Shown here piece by piece: positions 28,696 through 37,690 of a DNA stretch of 64,000 nucleotides (its first letter is position 1; each line of letters opens with the position of its first letter). The notes below the pieces were generated by a model. It saw nothing but the letters and a program-made list of their open reading frames with translations, did not search any database and was not told the DNA's origin. Origin of the DNA: Candidatus Hadarchaeota archaeon (GTDB lineage Archaea > CAYQAE01 > CAYVLA01); NCBI GenBank assembly GCA_964621445.1, contig CAZUNO010000004.1:64001-128000 (forward strand), in the 5' to 3' direction. A program made the translations under genes and the position numbers.

Positions 28696-30684
28696 TCAGG
28701 TTCCGTGACGGTGGGTCTCCGCCTCGCCGCTTGAGAAGGCTCTCATAACCCTTTTGTAGTTTTCTCTGGCCTGCTTGAGTTCATCAAGCTTCATATTCGG
28801 GTTCTCTAGTGCCTGGTAGATGATGGATCCCTCGGTTTTGGCTGGTATGGGTAGCTCAGCCAGGTGACATATTGTTGGTGCGATGTCAGTTAGCCAAACA
28901 TTTCTTTCCAGAATTTTATCCGAGGCTATGCCTGGACCGGACATGATCATCAAGCCCTTCATCGAGCCTATCCCGTATTCGGTGGGGGGAAGGAAGTTGC
29001 CGTGCTCCCCGCCAAACTCGGGATTCAGGGCGTATACAACATCCCCTACGCGCTCTCCGTAGAGCCCCATGAATCTTGCATCCTCACGTTTAAGTGCCAG
29101 AGCAACCGGCTTCATCCCGGTTTGGGGATCGGTGTAATCATAGAGCTCGCTGATTATACGGTTTCTAACCTCCTCGTATTCCTGTCCTGGCTCTACAATA
29201 CCCATTGGATCCCTTCCCTTCAAGTTGACATATACGTAACAGGCTCTTTGAGCGTATGCCCTGGTATTCTCCCAGTCGACCTCGAAGCGGGTGGAGGTGT
29301 GGGAAAAGGAAGCTGACTGCTCCCGCCTCTCTCCTTCCTTTAACTTGGTGAGGCCCTTATCTACCAGGAGGTCCGATACCTTGAATTTCCGGGTCGATGC
29401 CTTGGCTCCATGGTCAGAGACCACACAAACCAGGGAATCCTCCCCGACGCAGGATAGTATGGACCCGATCGTGCGGTCGATGCTCTGATAAAGTTCTAGC
29501 TCCGTTTCCTGATATCGATTCCTTTTCTCGGAGTCGGGATTGGTAATCGGATCAAGCTCCATCGAAAAGGTGTGATACATCCAATCCGGACAGTGCATAT
29601 GCATGAAGAAGAGATCCCATTCCTTGTTTCCTAGTAGATGGGTAACGGCGTTGCTGGTCCATGTGTGCTGTAATTCCACGATCTCGGTGAAGGTTTGCAG
29701 GTCTATCCATCCCAGGAGAAGAGGAAGGTAGCCACCTCTAGGAGATGGCAGTCCCTGGTCAAAGGGTATCTCTTCAGCCACCGAATCGGGGAATGACCAA
29801 CCTTTCAGGGAGTTAATTATGGTGACGTATAGGGAGAAGGAATCTCCCTTTGGGGACATTTCCAGCAGCTTACACCTGAATGCTCCTTTCATGGACCCCC
29901 TGGAGGTCTGGAATTCCTGAATGATAGTTGGGCTCCATTCCCCGGGAGCTAGGGTTGCGAACCGGTCATCGATGTCCTTGGTTTCGGAAAGGACCGCCCT
30001 GTTGTAGCCCTTTCCATCCGGACCAAGTGCCAGCATGTGCCAGGTCCTTGGCTCAATGTGATTGGCGGAGGGCTGGGGCGGGGCATCGTAAAAGAGTTTT
30101 AGGTCGGCCTCAAGATATCCTTCGCCACCCAGGGAATCGATATTCTTCCAGGCTTCGGGTTTCTTGAGTTGAATTTTGGTGGCGAATGGTATCTCCTTGG
30201 TGGTGAATAGCTGATAATCGGCGAGGGTTACCCCGGGTCTTTCATTGTCATGTCTGAAACGCCAGCTGTTTATACCTACTCCTCCGCCCCCGATGACTAT
30301 TCCTTTGGAGATTTTTGGTGGCCAGGAAGCGGGCCAGTCGAATATTATGCTCTTCCTGCCCTCCCTCTCCGCAACCTCCCATATGGTCTCCGCCTGGTTG
30401 TCCTGGGAGTCAAATCCGTCATGTATTTCATCCAGGGGGTCACCTGGTATGTGGACCGAGTATCCGGTTATTCCATGGGTACCGGGCCAGGCACCGGTGG
30501 CAATTGTAGTCCAGTTGGACGATGTTATGGTGGGATATGGAACCAGGCAATTCTCGGCGAAAACTCCGTCCTCCATGAGCCGCTTTAGATTTGGAAGATC
30601 TCCCTCCTCCGCCAGTTGACGCATTCTTGGGACTATTGGGGCATCAAGGCCGATTACTAACACCTTTCCGGGTTTATCCTTCAT
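28696..30684 (-). CDS. Alkaline phosphatase superfamily (nucleotide pyrophosphatase/phosphodiesterase-like) protein
   Basis: VIGLDA, PTIT...WTTIATG...HGI, DWMYH, VSDHG and DIAPTI. Confidence 0.9.
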   Translation of the reverse strand: MKDKPGKVLVIGLDAPIVPRMRQLAEEGDLPNLKRLMEDGVFAENCLVPYPTITSSNWTTIATGAWPGTHGITGYSVHIPGDPLDEIHDGFDSQDNQAETIWEVAEREGRKSIIFDWPASWPPKISKGIVIGGGGVGINSWRFRHDNERPGVTLADYQLFTTKEIPFATKIQLKKPEAWKNIDSLGGEGYLEADLKLFYDAPPQPSANHIEPRTWHMLALGPDGKGYNRAVLSETKDIDDRFATLAPGEWSPTIIQEFQTSRGSMKGAFRCKLLEMSPKGDSFSLYVTIINSLKGWSFPDSVAEEIPFDQGLPSPRGGYLPLLLGWIDLQTFTEIVELQHTWTSNAVTHLLGNKEWDLFFMHMHCPDWMYHTFSMELDPITNPDSEKRNRYQETELELYQSIDRTIGSILSCVGEDSLVCVVSDHGAKASTRKFKVSDLLVDKGLTKLKEGERREQSASFSHTSTRFEVDWENTRAYAQRACYVYVNLKGRDPMGIVEPGQEYEEVRNRIISELYDYTDPQTGMKPVALALKREDARFMGLYGERVGDVVYALNPEFGGEHGNFLPPTEYGIGSMKGLMIMSGPGIASDKILERNVWLTDIAPTICHLAELPIPAKTEGSIIYQALENPNMKLDELKQARENYKRVMRAFSSGEAETHRHGT

Positions 30685-30800
30685 GGATAGGCCTCCATCC
30701 GGACAAATAAAAGGATTACTTCTAGATTGGAAAGGCCTGTATAAGCCATGTTTTCATTATCTATAATATTCATATTTCAACAGGTGGATGATTTGGGAAC

Positions 30801-31856
30801 TTGATGTCCTCATTTGCCCAGCCGAATAAGGATATGAGGGATAATTACCTTAGAGCCCTGGAGTCCCGGAACCCAGAATGGATTCCTTGCTCGGTCTCCT
30901 TCTCCCGGGCGACTTGGAAGGTTTACCGAGACCGATTACAGGCCTTGGTAGAACGACACCCCTCTATATTTGGTACACAGGAGGAGGAGAGAGATTTTGA
31001 CTCCATGCCCAAGGCATACGAGGCCGGTTATTACACTGATAACTGGGGTTGCGTATGGTATAATGTTCAGCCCGGTCTGGAGGGACAGGTCGTGGGTCAT
31101 CCCCTGGAGAATTGGTCTGACTTCAAGGATTATCATCCTCCTGATCCCCTGGTTTACTCGGGAAGGGGAAAGTGGGACTGGAACCAGGTGGAGAATGAAA
31201 TTGAAAGGCGTCGTGATCTTGGGCTGGTAACCTGGGGGAACGGTGAGAGCCTCTTTGACCGCCTATATTTCCTCAGAGGTTTCAAGAATCTCATGAGGGA
31301 TATCGTTACCGGGGAACCACTACTGGATGAGCTAATTGAGATGCTCCAGGAGCATGAGTTGAAACTTATCCAAAAGTGGCTGGAAATTGGCGTGGATATA
31401 ATCTCTTTTCACACCGATATCGGCATGCAAACCGGGTTGATGATTAGCCCGGGACAATTCAGGCGTTATATCAAGCCCATGTTTAAGAAGCTATTTACCA
31501 CCTGCCGCCGCTCGGGTACTCACGTCTACCTCTCCTCGGATGGAAGGCTCCTAGATATAGTTGAGGACCTGGTTGAGTGTGGTGTCTCGGTACATGATCC
31601 CCAGTTTCGGGCTAATACGCTAGAGGGAATAGCCGGATGTTACAGGGGCAATATGTGTGTGGACCTGGATCTTGACCGGCAGATGTTCGCTTTTTGCAGC
31701 CCGGAAGAGATAGATGAGCAGATAAGGAAGTCTGTTGAAGTACTTGGAGATCCCCGTGGGGGCCTAATGATGAAGGCAGCTGTGTCGGGGACCAATGTTC
31801 CTCTGGAGAACATGGAGGCTATCTGTCAATCGATGGAGAATCACTGCCTACCCTGA
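30801..31856 (+). CDS. Uroporphyrinogen decarboxylase (URO-D/MtaA)-like protein
   Basis: DNWGCVW, HPLENW, LRGFKNLMRD, DIGMQTGLMISP and NVPLEN. Confidence 0.85.
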   Translation: MMSSFAQPNKDMRDNYLRALESRNPEWIPCSVSFSRATWKVYRDRLQALVERHPSIFGTQEEERDFDSMPKAYEAGYYTDNWGCVWYNVQPGLEGQVVGHPLENWSDFKDYHPPDPLVYSGRGKWDWNQVENEIERRRDLGLVTWGNGESLFDRLYFLRGFKNLMRDIVTGEPLLDELIEMLQEHELKLIQKWLEIGVDIISFHTDIGMQTGLMISPGQFRRYIKPMFKKLFTTCRRSGTHVYLSSDGRLLDIVEDLVECGVSVHDPQFRANTLEGIAGCYRGNMCVDLDLDRQMFAFCSPEEIDEQIRKSVEVLGDPRGGLMMKAAVSGTNVPLENMEAICQSMENHCLP

Positions 31857-33624
31857 AGGGGGCTCTGAGTAGTATCGCCAGCAAGGCCAAAATAGATGTA
31901 GCAAGTCCATATCCACCGAACTCCGGAATCTCGGACCAGTCCTTTAGGGCCTTTAGTAGGTGGAACCTTCCCTGTATCTCATTTCCCTCTTTGAAACTTC
32001 TGTCAGCAGAATATATCTTGTTCAGTATGATCATGGGAACGCTAGAATTCCTGGGATTTTCAAACCCCTGTTCCACGTAGGGCCATACCTGATCGAGGAC
32101 AACCTGATAGCCATTTTTCGTTGCGTTCCCTGCCAGCTGCCCGGCATTCTTGTATCTTCCCTCACCGAACTCCTCGATCGCCCGTTCGTAGGCTATCCTC
32201 GCTGAGTTAAGCTGACCAAGACCGAGTTGCCCATAGTACTCCAAAAGGTCCGAAAGTTCATGTATGGGTCCCCAGGACTCCATGGCTCTTAATTCCTCCT
32301 CGGAGAGATCCCATACGAAGCAGGGAAGGTCCTCGAGGTTCAACACGTCGCCCTCTATGGTAGTTGTGGACATATTACGGCCCATGTACTTGAAAGGACC
32401 CATGGCCGGGGAGAGCTGAAGAGGCGAGAAGGCCAATCCCAATTTCGGTGGGAGAGCCTCGCCCGAGCTGGTATTCACATTGGGGTTGAATACTGCCGAT
32501 GCTACCCCCGGACCAATATTTGCCCGTACCTCGATCCCGGGATAGACGAAGAAAGGCTGGATGGGATTGGGCGGTGCGGTGTCGTTGAAGTGGACCTGGC
32601 TCTGGAGAAGACGGAAGGCCTTTGCGTAATGTGCCTCCGGCGCCAGTGTCCAGGGGTTAGTTGCCCTTTGATAGATCCAGAAGGCGCCATTGTGCCTTGT
32701 GCCGTACTCCATATAGTCCAGTATATCGAAGGGAGCTATCCAAAGCGTCCACATACCCGGCAGGACCTTGCCATTTATCCCCATTTCATGGAAGAGCTGG
32801 TGGTTATCATCCACCTTTCCCTTTTTATAGCCGGAATAGGTATCCTCATGCCAGGCGGTTACTGTTTTTCCCTCCGTCGATAGACCCTTTAGAATGCTCA
32901 GGTGGAACCAGGACCCATCCTCAAAGGCCAGTATACCTAGGTGAAGATCGGGATTGATAGTATGAATCTTCCGTTGCGTCTCCCTGGCGTATCCGATCAC
33001 GGTCCGCTCCTGCCAATCCTGGAACTCCTCTAGAAGACCATTTTGGCTGAGCCAGCCCCTTCTCTCCGATGGGGGAAGAGAGGGTATGGTCCTATCCGTC
33101 TCGTTGCCGAATCTTTGCAGGGCATACTGATCGAAGGTGTAGTCCCAGTAGGTAAATTCCTCCCTTCTGTAGTCCTCAATGTCCCATACAACTCCCCATA
33201 TATCATGGCTCAAGGAGAGGTTGGCTATAGCAACCCCTGGCTCCTCGATAAGCCTCTTCCAATAGATGGGGTCCACACGTGATGGGGTTACGCTCTCCAC
33301 ATGTCCGTTGGCGTTTACCGCCCGGGAGTAGTTGAATTCGGGCTCCGTCACCTCGTAATATGGGCCGCAAATCAGGCTAAGGCCATGCTCAGATGCCTTA
33401 TCGCTCTCGTTTGCAAAGAGCTCAAGGGCCTTCTCCTCCCCCTCAGTCCACCACACCTCCTGGTACACGGCATCAAATCCTAGTTCACCGAGGATGGAAT
33501 AGTTCCAAACGCCATACACGGCTCTGAAGTCATCGACGCCTTGAGCTTGAACGAAGGTTAAGGCGATAAAGAAAGCCATAACTAATACAGGGAATCGAAA
33601 ATGAGTAATCTCCAATTTGATCAT
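31819..33624 (-). CDS. Secreted glycoside-hydrolase-like protein with PEF-CTERM-like anchor
   Basis: Signal peptide, GVVWDIEDY acidic strand motif and C-terminal IPEF-TM-R. Confidence 0.65.
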   Translation of the reverse strand: MIKLEITHFRFPVLVMAFFIALTFVQAQGVDDFRAVYGVWNYSILGELGFDAVYQEVWWTEGEEKALELFANESDKASEHGLSLICGPYYEVTEPEFNYSRAVNANGHVESVTPSRVDPIYWKRLIEEPGVAIANLSLSHDIWGVVWDIEDYRREEFTYWDYTFDQYALQRFGNETDRTIPSLPPSERRGWLSQNGLLEEFQDWQERTVIGYARETQRKIHTINPDLHLGILAFEDGSWFHLSILKGLSTEGKTVTAWHEDTYSGYKKGKVDDNHQLFHEMGINGKVLPGMWTLWIAPFDILDYMEYGTRHNGAFWIYQRATNPWTLAPEAHYAKAFRLLQSQVHFNDTAPPNPIQPFFVYPGIEVRANIGPGVASAVFNPNVNTSSGEALPPKLGLAFSPLQLSPAMGPFKYMGRNMSTTTIEGDVLNLEDLPCFVWDLSEEELRAMESWGPIHELSDLLEYYGQLGLGQLNSARIAYERAIEEFGEGRYKNAGQLAGNATKNGYQVVLDQVWPYVEQGFENPRNSSVPMIILNKIYSADRSFKEGNEIQGRFHLLKALKDWSEIPEFGGYGLATSILALLAILLRAPFRVGSDSPSIDR

Positions 33625-33726
33625 GCCTGAGAAAATTGTTGCAAAGCCAGAAAAAAATAGTTTGATAAAAATGAATACTCGGGAATAGTAAAGGGAGGGT
33701 CTATTCCACTCCAGGAAATCTCGCGT

Positions 33727-33843
33727 TTAGTCCTCTTTTTGGCCTTTTCCCTTCTTTCGTGTTTCGCTGCATCCACCGCGGCCACGGTTTGCCCGTTTTC
33801 CCTTGCCAGATCCGTCACGTTTCGGTTTTCCTTTCTTTGCCAT
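33727..33843 (-). CDS. 38-aa Lys/Arg/Gly-rich small protein (not in ORF track)
   Basis: Hand translation MAKKGKPKRDGSGKGKRANRGRGGCSETRKKGKGQKED*. AGGAGGTGA at 33848-33856 lies 4 nt before the ATG. Confidence 0.75.
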   Translation of the reverse strand: MAKKGKPKRDGSGKGKRANRGRGGCSETRKKGKGQKED

Positions 33844-33949
33844 TGACTCACCTCCTGATCATGTTCTGTATGGTTAGAAAATTCCGAGGGACGCAAAAAT
33901 GTTCTGGTAATAATTGCCCAGATACAATTTTCTGTAAGGATTCCTGATC

Positions 33950-35770
33950 ATGATCATGGCCGACTTGCTGTCACTTAGCAGGGATCTGGCGGTATTCAGG
34001 GGAGAAGTAAACGTCGGTGTTGTTTTCAATGGGCCCTCAGTTCTATTGATCGATGTCGGACAGGGAGAGGTTTTAGAATCACTTGATCAGGATCATGAAG
34101 TTGACCTGGTGGCCTTCACCCACCATCATAGAGATCAGGCATGTGGTGCCTGGAAGGCCAAGCGTATTGGTTCGAGGATCCTTGTCCCCGAGGGAGAACG
34201 GTGGCTTTTCGAAGAGGTTTCTAGGTATTGGGGCGACTCCAGATACAGGTGGCACCTTTATGATCTCCATCCACACCACCTGACGCTGACCGAGCCGGTT
34301 AAGGTCGACAATTCTTTAAGGGATTGGGATGCTCTCGAATGGGGAAGAGCGAGGATCAAGGTATTATCAACCCCTGGACACACGGATGGAAGCTTGAGCT
34401 TCCTGGTTGAGGTAGATGGACAACGTACCGCATTCTGCGGGGATCTTATTTACGACGGCGGCAGGCTTTGGGATATCTACAGCATGCAGAAGGGATTACA
34501 TACCAGGGACTATCATGGATTTATGGGATCCAGGGAGGAGCTAACAAATAGCCTGTCAAGAATCGCTGAACGATCACCGGACAGAATCGTTCCCTCCCAT
34601 GGAGATATAATTAGAAATACCGATCGGGCCATAGATGTCCTAGTAAAACGTGTGGACCGGTGCTACCGGGATTTTGCCGCTATATCCTCTTTGCGCTACT
34701 ATTTTCCGGAGCTATTCGCGGATTACATGCGCGGGCCGAAGATAATGCCCATTTCCAAGGGAAAACGGGCTCCAGATTATTTGCTCCATCAGGGGACGAC
34801 ATGGGTATTGAAGTCCTCGGAAGGACCCTGCCTGGTCATGGATTGTGGTTCGCGGGATGTAGTGGACTGGCTTCTTCGTCTTCGTGGGGATGGGGACCTT
34901 GGTGAGGTCGAAGGGTTATGGATAACCCATTATCATGATGATCATGTGGATGGAATTCCCTATTTCAGGGAAAGCTTTGATTGCCCCATCATCGCAGATT
35001 CTCACGTTTCCAGGGTCATTGAGAGCCCCCTTAGTTGGCGGTTACCATGCATCTCGCCGGTGGAGGTGAATGTGGATCGTGTCACTGGAGAGGGTGAGAG
35101 CTGGGAATGGCACGAATTTAGCCTGTCAAGTTACCATCTTCCAGGCCAGACCCTCTATTCCGGTGGGCTTCTGGTTGAGGGGAAAGATATGAGGCTTCTT
35201 TTTTCCGGCGATTCATTCACACCTGGGGGCATAGATGATCATTGCTGCGGAAACCGAAACTTCCTTGGATACGATGTAGGATACCAGAGATGCATTGATC
35301 TCCTGGAATTCCTAAAACCCGATTTGATATTCAACAGTCACGTCGATGAGGGTTTTTCATTCAAGGCCGAAAACCTGGAATTCATGAGGACCAACCTGCA
35401 CAGGAGACTCAAGGATTTCGGTGCTCTTCTGCCATGGAGTAATCCGAATTTCGGGATGGACGAGAATTGGGTCCGTATGTACCCCTACGAACAGGTGATT
35501 AAGCCCGGCCAAAGGGCTGTTGTGTGTGCGGTGATTACCAACCATACGCGGGAGGATCTTGCAATTAAAGCTCGTATAATACCACCGAGATCATGGAAGG
35601 ATACACCGCCCGGTTGGAAGAGAGCAACCACCTCGCCGGGAGAAAATCGGATACCTCTATCCATAAAAATTCCGGAAAATATGGAGGGAAGAACCGCCTT
35701 TCCCGTGGACTTGAAGATGAACGATCTTGATCTTCCCCGTATTGCGGAATTTATCTTAGATACCCGCTAG
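33950..35770 (+). CDS. Tandem metallo-beta-lactamase-fold hydrolase
   Basis: First domain has THHHRDQ, TPGHTDG, GDL and PSHG. Second domain has THYHDDH, LPGQT and GDS. Confidence 0.88.
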   Translation: MIMADLLSLSRDLAVFRGEVNVGVVFNGPSVLLIDVGQGEVLESLDQDHEVDLVAFTHHHRDQACGAWKAKRIGSRILVPEGERWLFEEVSRYWGDSRYRWHLYDLHPHHLTLTEPVKVDNSLRDWDALEWGRARIKVLSTPGHTDGSLSFLVEVDGQRTAFCGDLIYDGGRLWDIYSMQKGLHTRDYHGFMGSREELTNSLSRIAERSPDRIVPSHGDIIRNTDRAIDVLVKRVDRCYRDFAAISSLRYYFPELFADYMRGPKIMPISKGKRAPDYLLHQGTTWVLKSSEGPCLVMDCGSRDVVDWLLRLRGDGDLGEVEGLWITHYHDDHVDGIPYFRESFDCPIIADSHVSRVIESPLSWRLPCISPVEVNVDRVTGEGESWEWHEFSLSSYHLPGQTLYSGGLLVEGKDMRLLFSGDSFTPGGIDDHCCGNRNFLGYDVGYQRCIDLLEFLKPDLIFNSHVDEGFSFKAENLEFMRTNLHRRLKDFGALLPWSNPNFGMDENWVRMYPYEQVIKPGQRAVVCAVITNHTREDLAIKARIIPPRSWKDTPPGWKRATTSPGENRIPLSIKIPENMEGRTAFPVDLKMNDLDLPRIAEFILDTR

Positions 35771-37521
35771 GACTCGGGCAAACGTCCCCTCGTGTAGCCC
35801 ACGATAAGAAGAGCGCACGAAAACACGACGGCGGAGATGAACATTATGGCCAGTAGAATATCCATCTTTATTGAGGCTTTGTGCTCGTTAAGCATCCTCT
35901 CCATATCACTTCTCAGTGCATCGTTTTCTCGTTCCGTCGTATACTCAATGAGACTAATCTCTTCCTGGGATTGTTCTTCAAGATTCCTTATCTCTTCATT
36001 CAAGGATTGAAGTTCCTCGATTCCTCTTTCAAGCTGGTTTATCATGCTAATGATTTGTCTGTCGTACTCCTGAAGTTCGGTGATATCTCGTTCCATCCTC
36101 TTTATGCGGGCAACACACTCCATAAGCTTGGATCGGATATCTGGCAGAGTTTCTGCCAAGTCCTTTATTTTCCATATGCTGGAATTGATTGCAGAAATTT
36201 CCCTTGAGATTTCGGAGAGATTGGAGCTTATGAATCCGGAGATATTCGCATATAGTTGGGCAAGTTGATGGCTCATGTTTGAGGTGATATTGCCCTCGAG
36301 CTGCCGAATCCTAGATGTAAGACCCATTTGAATTTGGACGAGCGAATTCGATAAATTCTCTATCCTCCCCTTTTCTTCCATGAGAGAACTGTTTAGATCC
36401 CCAATCCTCAGGTTTAATGACTGGTTCAGGCCCGACAAATATACCGTCAGGTTATTCAGGGTCCCGTTTAGAGTGTCAACTTTTTGGTTGGTTTGGGTCA
36501 GGTTGGAGATGATATTTCGAACCGAATTGTTCAATTCTCCTGCCGATTCCTCGGACTCCAGGCACAGTTCCCAGAGGGTCGTTGTTGTTGGTCGCCTGGC
36601 CAGATCAAGCATGACATTCAGGAAGCTATTTCTTATCCAGGCATCGGGAAGCGGAGAGAGGCTCAGCGGGTATGCCTCACCCTCCTCGTCGATGTCTATG
36701 GCGAACCATCCTATACAATCGCAATCACGTATTCTAGAGAATAATAGGTCGAATGTCATTTGATTGATGGTCGTTGTCTTGTCGATGATCTCCCCCTGCT
36801 CGCGGTGAGCCCTGAGGATAAACCAGGAATCGGAATCCAGCTTCCCCGTTAGGTTGATGGATAGCGCTACAGCCTCTGCAAGCCTTTCAATCTCCCCGGG
36901 ATCCAACTCCCTACCTGGTTCCACATAGGAGTAGTAATAGCTGACGATGAAATCGTATGGGGAGAGGAGGTTTGTGAGATTATCCAATTTCCTTGTGGAT
37001 CTATTTCCCACTACAATGCGCATATCAAGTATAACTCCCAGGCTCACATTCGGAAATTCCTCTTTCATGTCCCGCGCAATCTGGTTCTTGGCCTCCTTTC
37101 CACCCCGAGAGAGGTAGTCATCCCAAAGGATATACTCGGCTACCGGACCTTGATCGGTGCCTTCAAAGTATGAGATATTCCCCTTTATGCCGGAACTTAT
37201 CCTGTCAGAATTGAATTCATCGCTGATATTTGCAGTCAGAATCAGAGATATGTTCTTTCCGGACTTTGAGATATTAAGAAAGTAGTCCCGGGTAGAGGGC
37301 TGACAGGTTTCGTTTGTGGCATAGAAAACGATCCTGTCCAACTCTAGTTTCATGAGCTCTTGTGTGAGATTTTCGTTATTTGGCTCGAATGGGGCCACGA
37401 TGAAGCTCGCTGGTGCAATACGGGTATCTGAAGCCTGACAGGGGAATAAAATAAGAGCAAGTGCAATCATACCTCCCAATAGAAATTTGGGCCTAGAGAT
37501 CAAACCCTTTGGGATATTCAA
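35767..37521 (-). CDS. Cell-surface protein: globular head, long coiled-coil stalk, C-terminal TM
   Basis: Signal peptide, heptad pattern over about aa 330-550, TM ILLAIMFISAVVFSCALLIV and about 20 N-x-S/T sequons. Confidence 0.75.
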   Translation of the reverse strand: MNIPKGLISRPKFLLGGMIALALILFPCQASDTRIAPASFIVAPFEPNNENLTQELMKLELDRIVFYATNETCQPSTRDYFLNISKSGKNISLILTANISDEFNSDRISSGIKGNISYFEGTDQGPVAEYILWDDYLSRGGKEAKNQIARDMKEEFPNVSLGVILDMRIVVGNRSTRKLDNLTNLLSPYDFIVSYYYSYVEPGRELDPGEIERLAEAVALSINLTGKLDSDSWFILRAHREQGEIIDKTTTINQMTFDLLFSRIRDCDCIGWFAIDIDEEGEAYPLSLSPLPDAWIRNSFLNVMLDLARRPTTTTLWELCLESEESAGELNNSVRNIISNLTQTNQKVDTLNGTLNNLTVYLSGLNQSLNLRIGDLNSSLMEEKGRIENLSNSLVQIQMGLTSRIRQLEGNITSNMSHQLAQLYANISGFISSNLSEISREISAINSSIWKIKDLAETLPDIRSKLMECVARIKRMERDITELQEYDRQIISMINQLERGIEELQSLNEEIRNLEEQSQEEISLIEYTTERENDALRSDMERMLNEHKASIKMDILLAIMFISAVVFSCALLIVGYTRGRLPES

Positions 37522-37559
37522 AACATTTCCCTTCCTGGTAGTTTGATTGTTCGGGCCTT

Positions 37560-37640
37560 ATTTATAAGTCAAGCGTAGACCAATGAAGGCCAATTGTGGA
37601 GTTCCTTGTTCAGGGCTCCGCGAGGGTGTGAAATTTATAT
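37560..37640. promoter_or_regulatory. Putative divergent TATA boxes for 35767..37521 and 37691..39322
   Basis: TTATAAAT on the minus strand at ~37560-37567 and TTTATAT on the plus strand at 37634-37640, about 40-50 nt from the respective starts. Confidence 0.45.
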
Positions 37641-37690
37641 TATTATTCCCCTCTACGAAAACAGCCACTGAAATGCGGTAGGCAATAATC

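Noticed and set aside
33621-33896. 91-aa ORF from the track
   Set aside because: Probably a shadow: the strong RBS points to the 38-aa ORF in another frame.
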